NCBI GenBank assembly: GCA_041662745.1
Contig: JBAZRV010000003.1
Coordinates: forward strand, 90,001 to 122,000
Direction: 5' to 3'
Origin: Patescibacteria group bacterium
GTDB taxonomy: Bacteria > Patescibacteriota > Patescibacteriia > 2-01-FULL-39-33
DNA: 32,000 nt
Shown here: one piece after another, positions 27,140 to 32,000 of the stretch
Position numbering within the stretch: position 1 is the stretch's first letter
Layout: each line of letters opens with the position of its first letter
Notes under the pieces: generated by a model
Told to the model about the DNA's origin: nothing
What the model saw: only the letters and a program-made list of their open reading frames with translations
Databases searched by the model: none
Made by a program: the position numbers and the translations under genes

Positions 27140-28006
27140 TTATTCTTCAATCTTTTTGGGGCGGCCGCGCTTTTTGGGCTTAGGCTCTTCCGTTGATTCT
27201 TCCCCAGCCCCTTCGGCGACTTCCGCGTTCTCTTCCAAAACTTCCTCAACCTTTTCTTCAGCGGCGACTTCCGGCAGGATTATCGGCGCCTCAATATCAA
27301 TTTCTTCTATTTCCCTGGTGCCGCCTTCCATAATCCAGCTAAACTGGTTGGTCAGGATTTCCGCCGCTTTTTTAACGGCATCTTCCGGGGAGATGGTGCC
27401 ATCGGTTTCAACAGTTAAGATTAATTTATCATAATCGGTGCGTTGACCGACGCGAGTCGCCTCTACCTCTAAGCCGACATTGATAACCGGCGTAAAAATA
27501 GAATCAGTCAAAATCGTGCCGATCTCGCCCTTGCCTTTATTCTGATCTTCCACCGGAACATAACCGATGCCTTTGGCTACGGTCAATTCCATTTCTATTT
27601 CGGCGTTTTCTGCGCTCAAGGAAGTGATGACGGCGTCTTTATTGACTACCTCGGCATCAACTGACTGCTGGATATCGGCGCCGGTAACTTTCTTTTTGCC
27701 TTCAGCTTTAAGTTGCAAGGTAACCGGTTCGTCGGAGTAAACCTTAAATCTTAAGGTTTTCAAATTAAGGATGATTTCCAAGACGTCTTCCGGCACATTC
27801 TCCATGGCTGAACATTCGTGCTTGACGCCTTTGATTTTAACGGCAGTAACAGCGCCACCCGGCAGAGACGACAGTATGATGCGTCTTAGGGCGTTTCCTA
27901 ATGTCAGGCCATAACCGGGAAAGCAGGGCTCAATTACAATTTGAGCTGATTTGCCCGGAACCGATTCTTCAACAATGAATTTTTTAGGCAAAGGAATGTG
28001 TTTCAT
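27140..28006 (-). CDS. rpoA: DNA-directed RNA polymerase subunit alpha, lacking a recognisable alpha-CTD
   Basis: Alpha-NTD: GYGLTLGNALRRIILSSLPGGAVTAVKIKGVKHE, TRVGQRTDYDKLILTVETDGTISPEDAV; tail ends EEPKPKKRGRPKKIEE. Confidence 0.97.
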   Translation of the reverse strand: MKHIPLPKKFIVEESVPGKSAQIVIEPCFPGYGLTLGNALRRIILSSLPGGAVTAVKIKGVKHECSAMENVPEDVLEIILNLKTLRFKVYSDEPVTLQLKAEGKKKVTGADIQQSVDAEVVNKDAVITSLSAENAEIEMELTVAKGIGYVPVEDQNKGKGEIGTILTDSIFTPVINVGLEVEATRVGQRTDYDKLILTVETDGTISPEDAVKKAAEILTNQFSWIMEGGTREIEEIDIEAPIILPEVAAEEKVEEVLEENAEVAEGAGEESTEEPKPKKRGRPKKIEE

Positions 28007-28076
28007 AATATTTCCTCCTTGGCTGCCGGAACTTTAGCGCCGACAGCCTGTTAACTTAAAATAATTAAATTATTTA

Positions 28077-28715
28077 TTATTTGCTGTAGTACTCAACAAT
28101 AGTTCGCCAATCAATATTAACGGCGATATCTCCTAATTTGGGCTGGCTGGTCACTTTTCCTTCAATCTTATCCGAGTCAATCGTCAGCCAGGCAGGAATG
28201 TTTGTCAGTTTGCTCAGTTTTTGTTTGATTTCTTTATAGCCGGAGCTTTTTAATATCTTGTCGGACAAAGCGATGACATCGCCGGTTTTGACTTGGTAAG
28301 AAGGAATGTTGACTTTTTCGCCGTTAACCCTGACATTGCCATGGCCGACCAACTGGCGGGCGGCGCGGCGGGAAGCGGCAAAACCCAAACGATAAACCGT
28401 ATTATCCAAGCGTCCTTCCAAAAATCTAAACAGCCATTCGCCGGTATTGCCGACTTTGCTCAAAGACTTTTTAAAGTAAATTAAGAATTGCGCTTCATAA
28501 ATGCCATACATGCGCTTGGCTTTTTGTTTTTCTGCCAATTGCTTGCCGAAATTGGTTTTTTTACCAACACGTTGCAACGGGCCGTGCATGCCGGGAGGAA
28601 AATTGCGTTTAACCATCGGGCATTTGGCAGAGTTGCATTTTTCGCCTTTCAAAAATAATTTTTCACCGGCGCGGCGGCAAGATTTGCATTGAAGATTTCT
28701 AGTAAAGTTAGACAT
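28077..28715 (-). CDS. rpsD: 30S ribosomal protein S4
   Basis: CKSCRRAGEKLFLKGEKCNSAKCPMVKRNFPPGMHG and S4 domain RLDNTVYRLGFAASRRAARQLVGHGNVRVNG. Confidence 0.97.
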   Translation of the reverse strand: MSNFTRNLQCKSCRRAGEKLFLKGEKCNSAKCPMVKRNFPPGMHGPLQRVGKKTNFGKQLAEKQKAKRMYGIYEAQFLIYFKKSLSKVGNTGEWLFRFLEGRLDNTVYRLGFAASRRAARQLVGHGNVRVNGEKVNIPSYQVKTGDVIALSDKILKSSGYKEIKQKLSKLTNIPAWLTIDSDKIEGKVTSQPKLGDIAVNIDWRTIVEYYSK

Positions 28716-28742
28716 AAGGGATTAAGAATAGAAAAATAAAAA

Positions 28743-29219
28743 TTAAACGCGGCGCGGTCTGGGAGCGCGGCAGCCATTGTGAGGAATCGGGGTAATGTCT
28801 TTGATGCTGGAAACGATAAAACCATTGGCATTAATGGCGCGGACAGCTGATTCGCGGCCGCCGCCGATGCCACGGACAAATACCGAGACTTCCTTTAAAC
28901 CGTATTTTTTGACTTTTTCCGCAGCCGTTCTGACAATAATCGTCGCGGCATAAGGAGTGGCCTTTTTGGGCCCCTTGAAACCGCATTGGCCGGCTGAACA
29001 CCAGGACAACACATTGCCGTTTTGATCAGTGAAAGTGACAATGGTGTTGTTGTAGGTGGACTTAACGTAAGCCCGGCCGCTGGCTACCTGGCGGGCAGCG
29101 ACGGTTTTTTTGACTTTCTTTTTCGACTTGTCGGCCGGTTTGGCGGCTTCGGCTTCAGCGTTAGCTTCTGCCGGAGCGGTCATAATGGTCGGTTCGTTTG
29201 TCAACAATTCTTCAGACAT
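28743..29219 (-). CDS. rpsK: 30S ribosomal protein S11 with Ala/Lys-rich N-terminal extension
   Basis: [45 protein letters not shown]...[21 protein letters not shown]. Confidence 0.96.
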   Translation of the reverse strand: MSEELLTNEPTIMTAPAEANAEAEAAKPADKSKKKVKKTVAARQVASGRAYVKSTYNNTIVTFTDQNGNVLSWCSAGQCGFKGPKKATPYAATIIVRTAAEKVKKYGLKEVSVFVRGIGGGRESAVRAINANGFIVSSIKDITPIPHNGCRAPRPRRV

Positions 29220-29249
29220 AATTATATTGGTATTTGACTATTATATTGA

Positions 29250-29645
29250 TTAAGTTTTTTGGCTGGTGTCTTTTCTGCCCGAACCCATGGTTTTTCTAAC
29301 ATTGCCTCGCACGGTGCGGTTATTGGTTTTGGTGCGTTGGCCGCGAGCCGGCAAACCTTTCATGTGGCGGATTCCGCGATAAGACTTGATTTCTTTCAGG
29401 CGTTTGATATTGCTCATGACTTCTCGGCGCAAATCGCCTTCAATGTTAAAACCGCCTTTTTCCACGGCCGTTCTTAAGGCGATCACCTGTTCTTCGGTCA
29501 AATCATTGACTCTGGTATCGGGATTGATTTTAACGCCGGCCAAAATTTTATTGGCGCGCGGCTTACCGACGCCAAAAATATAAGTTAAAGCGATTTCTAC
29601 TCTTTTATTGTTGGGGATAACGACTCCCGCGATTCTAACTGCCAT
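29250..29645 (-). CDS. rpsM: 30S ribosomal protein S13
   Basis: [35 protein letters not shown]...[25 protein letters not shown]-like sequence ([24 protein letters not shown]). Confidence 0.96.
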   Translation of the reverse strand: MAVRIAGVVIPNNKRVEIALTYIFGVGKPRANKILAGVKINPDTRVNDLTEEQVIALRTAVEKGGFNIEGDLRREVMSNIKRLKEIKSYRGIRHMKGLPARGQRTKTNNRTVRGNVRKTMGSGRKDTSQKT

Positions 29646-29668
29646 AATTATGTATAGTTTATAAATTA

Positions 29669-29782
29669 TTACCCTTGGCGTTGTTTATGCTTGGGATTTT
29701 TGCAAATAACAACCAGACGCTTTTTGCGCCTGATGACTTGGCAATCCTTGCAAATTTTTTTAACTGAAGCTCTAACTTTCAT
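29669..29782 (-). CDS. rpmJ: 50S ribosomal protein L36
   Basis: [37 protein letters not shown]; missed by the ORF-track length cut-off. Confidence 0.95.
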   Translation of the reverse strand: MKVRASVKKICKDCQVIRRKKRLVVICKNPKHKQRQG

Positions 29783-29877
29783 AAAGATAAAAATTGAGAA
29801 ATAAGAAATTAAGGTAGGCAAAACTCACTCTTGGCTTTTAGCCATTAGCTGTATGCTATGTGCCATAAGCTACTGTG

Positions 29878-30117
29878 TTAATAACGATAAGTGATGCGTC
29901 CGCGAGTCAGGTCATAGGGCGTCATTTGGACTTTGACTTTGTCTCCGGGCAACAGGCGGATGTTAAACATTCGCATCTTGCCGGATAAATGAGCCAAAAT
30001 CTCATGGCCATTCATTAACCGGACGCGGAAGTTGGCTGACGGCAATGATTCCGTCACCTCGCCATCCAACTCCAAGAAATCCTTAGAGTCAGCGGCATTT
30101 TCTGGTTGTTGTGACAT
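29878..30117 (-). CDS. infA: translation initiation factor IF-1
   Basis: [65 protein letters not shown]; start placed at MSQQPEN. Confidence 0.94.
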   Translation of the reverse strand: MSQQPENAADSKDFLELDGEVTESLPSANFRVRLMNGHEILAHLSGKMRMFNIRLLPGDKVKVQMTPYDLTRGRITYRY

Positions 30118-30414
30118 TGTAAAGTTATTCTTTAATAACAAACTACTTAATTATTATTTGTCGTTTTACTTTTTAACGGGTAAAACTGTAAATAAGGCTA
30201 TGTTTTTTTCAGATAAAACAAAAACTCACGGCTCCCTTCTTTACATCCAAAATCGACCATACTTTTAAGGAAATTAAGCCAAATTTTGTCTTTTTCAAAT
30301 CTGAGATAATTATAGCAGATTGAGTAATTTTGTCAATACTTGCCGAATTTAATTTAATTTTATAGTAATTTTAGCCTATTGTCAAGAAAAACCCGTTGCC
30401 GGATGGCAAACGGG

Positions 30415-30612
30415 TTAAGTTTTTGGTTTGCCAGCCTCACCCCGTTCACCTAATTGATCTCTTAGGCTTTTGTTCTCTCGGCGCAAGCGTTCATTGTCAT
30501 TGGCGATTTGCATAACGCCGTAAAATATAAAACCGAAAAGCGCTAAGATAAAAATAAAAATAAGGTAGTGCTGGCAAAAAATTAAAAGAACTAAATAAAG
30601 CGATTCTTTCAT
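30415..30612 (-). CDS. small membrane protein with one N-terminal hydrophobic segment and a polar helix (65 aa)
   Basis: MKESLYLVLLIFCQHYLIFIFILALFGFIFYGVMQIANDNERLRRENKSLRDQLG; SD AAAGGAGG upstream. Confidence 0.6.
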   Translation of the reverse strand: MKESLYLVLLIFCQHYLIFIFILALFGFIFYGVMQIANDNERLRRENKSLRDQLGERGEAGKPKT

Positions 30613-30669
30613 TATCCCTCCTTTCGCAGCCGTTGTTTCGGGTAATTCTATGATGCCGGTAATTAATAA

Positions 30670-32000
30670 TCAATCCAAAATCGCCTTAATGCGTCTGATG
30701 CCGGACGAGGATGCCTCTTCTTTGATAATTTTGAAGTGCCCCAGTTCGCCGGTATTTTTGGCATGCGGTCCGCCGCAAATCTCTTTGGAGAAGCATTGTT
30801 CAAAAGTGGAGTCGCCGCCGATGCTGTAAACCTTGACGCGATCGCCATACTTGCTGTCAAAGATTCCCATGGCGCCGCACTCGCGGGCCTTTTCAATGGA
30901 TAATTCTTCGCTGATAACGGGCAAGTTTTTTGCTATTTGTTCGTTGACCAAATCTTCTATTTGCTTTAACTGTTCCGGCGCAACCTTTTCCGGATGCGAA
31001 AAATCAAACCGGATGCGTTCGGCGGTAATATTGGAACCGCGTTGAAATACGTGATCACCCAGGATATGACGCATGGCCGCCAGCATTAAATGAGTGGCCG
31101 TGTGCATGCGCGCCGACAGTTCGGTGTTGTCGGCCAGTCCGCCTTTGAATTTCTTTTCCGCTCCTTGGCGCGAGGTTTGCTGATGCTTGGAAAATTCCTT
31201 TTGATATTCTTCTTCATCAATTATCAGATCTTTTTCTTTGGCTAATTCACGCGTCATCTCAATAGGAAAACCGTAAGTGGAAAACAGTTGGAAGGCATCG
31301 GCGCCGGAAATTTTTTTGTCTTCTATTTTTAATTTATCAAATTTTTTCAAACCGTTTTCTAAAGTAATGTTGAATTTTTCTTCTTCCTTATTAAGCTCGT
31401 CAATAATTTGGTCGCGTTTTTCCCGCAATTCTTTGTAGAATCCGCCCTGCAATTCAATCACCGCTTCGGCCACTTGAGAGGTGAAAGGAGAATTAATGCC
31501 CAGTTCGGCGCCGAAGCGGATGGCGCGGCGCAACAAACGGCGCAAGACATAACCCTGCTCCACATTAGACGGAATTACGCCGTCAGCCAACAGAAAGGCG
31601 GCGGCGCGCAAATGATCGGCAATAATCCTGACCGGTCTTAATTCCTCCGGTTCCAGTTCGTCAGGCAAAAGGCCGCCTAAAGCGCAAACTTGGGCGACAA
31701 TGCTGTACAGCGGATCAATATCGTAAGCGCTGGACTTGCCGTCCAGAGTGGCCACGGTGCGCTCCACGCCCATGCCCGTATCCACGTTTTTCTGTGTCAG
31801 CTCTTCATATCTGCCGTCGGCGGTTTTATTGTAAACCATGAATACGTTATTCCAGATTTCCACCCAACGCTTGTCGTTCGGATCAAATTCTGTTGGTGCC
31901 GGTTCTTCGCCGGACCAATAAAACATTTCCGTATCCGGACCGCAGGGACCGGTTTGGCCGGCCGGGCCCCACCAATTGTCGGCTTTGGGCAAATAAGCGA
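30670..32000 (-). CDS. alaS: alanyl-tRNA synthetase, 5' end outside the window, apparently lacking the C-terminal C-Ala domain
   Basis: WWGPAGQTGPCGPDTEMFYW, NTGMGVERT, editing motif HTATHLML and CFSKEICGGPHAKNTGELGHFKIIKEEASSSGIRRIKAILD* immediately before the stop. Confidence 0.96.
   Translation of the reverse strand, partial: AYLPKADNWWGPAGQTGPCGPDTEMFYWSGEEPAPTEFDPNDKRWVEIWNNVFMVYNKTADGRYEELTQKNVDTGMGVERTVATLDGKSSAYDIDPLYSIVAQVCALGGLLPDELEPEELRPVRIIADHLRAAAFLLADGVIPSNVEQGYVLRRLLRRAIRFGAELGINSPFTSQVAEAVIELQGGFYKELREKRDQIIDELNKEEEKFNITLENGLKKFDKLKIEDKKISGADAFQLFSTYGFPIEMTRELAKEKDLIIDEEEYQKEFSKHQQTSRQGAEKKFKGGLADNTELSARMHTATHLMLAAMRHILGDHVFQRGSNITAERIRFDFSHPEKVAPEQLKQIEDLVNEQIAKNLPVISEELSIEKARECGAMGIFDSKYGDRVKVYSIGGDSTFEQCFSKEICGGPHAKNTGELGHFKIIKEEASSSGIRRIKAILD

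Noticed and set aside
30670-31992. TGA-recoded (Gracilibacteria/Absconditabacteria-type) genetic code
   Set aside because: alaS ends at an in-frame TGA at the expected position, and recognised genes are open without needing TGA as sense.
1-32000. CRISPR array, transposase or prophage genes
   Set aside because: No regularly spaced direct repeats with spacers and no recognisable transposase, integrase or phage structural motif seen in either strand's ORFs.

Overview
The window is a compact, mostly minus-strand chromosomal segment that looks like a Patescibacteria/CPR-type bacterium (inference from the tight housekeeping gene set, RpoA without its C-terminal domain, and a short AlaRS). Supported genes are gap (partial), a PSP1-domain protein, tsf, rpsB, two paralogous multi-pass membrane proteins, rpmE, prfA, prmC, rplY, a radical SAM/SPASM enzyme with an adjacent 180-aa protein, rodA, a MacB/FtsX-like permease, a UvrD-like helicase with a C-terminal nuclease domain, tRNA-Gln(TTG), recR, an RluB-like pseudouridine synthase, two glycosyltransferases, a Wzx-like flippase, the rpsI-rplM-rplQ-rpoA-rpsD-rpsK-rpsM-rpmJ-infA cluster, and alaS (partial). 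The main unexplained signals are: (1) a ~0.8-kb non-coding region at about 19586-20370, with a near-consensus minus-strand promoter, many perfect helices, a candidate kissing-loop and a 3' terminator, that I could not match to tmRNA, RNase P RNA or SRP RNA; (2) tandem paralogues that appear to join a degenerate protein-kinase C-lobe fragment, transmembrane helices and an SPFH/Band-7-like domain; (3) an RpoA whose alpha-CTD is missing and whose tail carries an AT-hook-like KKRGRPKK; (4) a radical SAM/SPASM enzyme next to a protein with repeated FP[DE]SP-like C-terminal motifs; (5) divergent promoters whose -35 boxes sit in a perfect palindrome. All family assignments come from recognising motifs in the sequence. 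No database search was possible.
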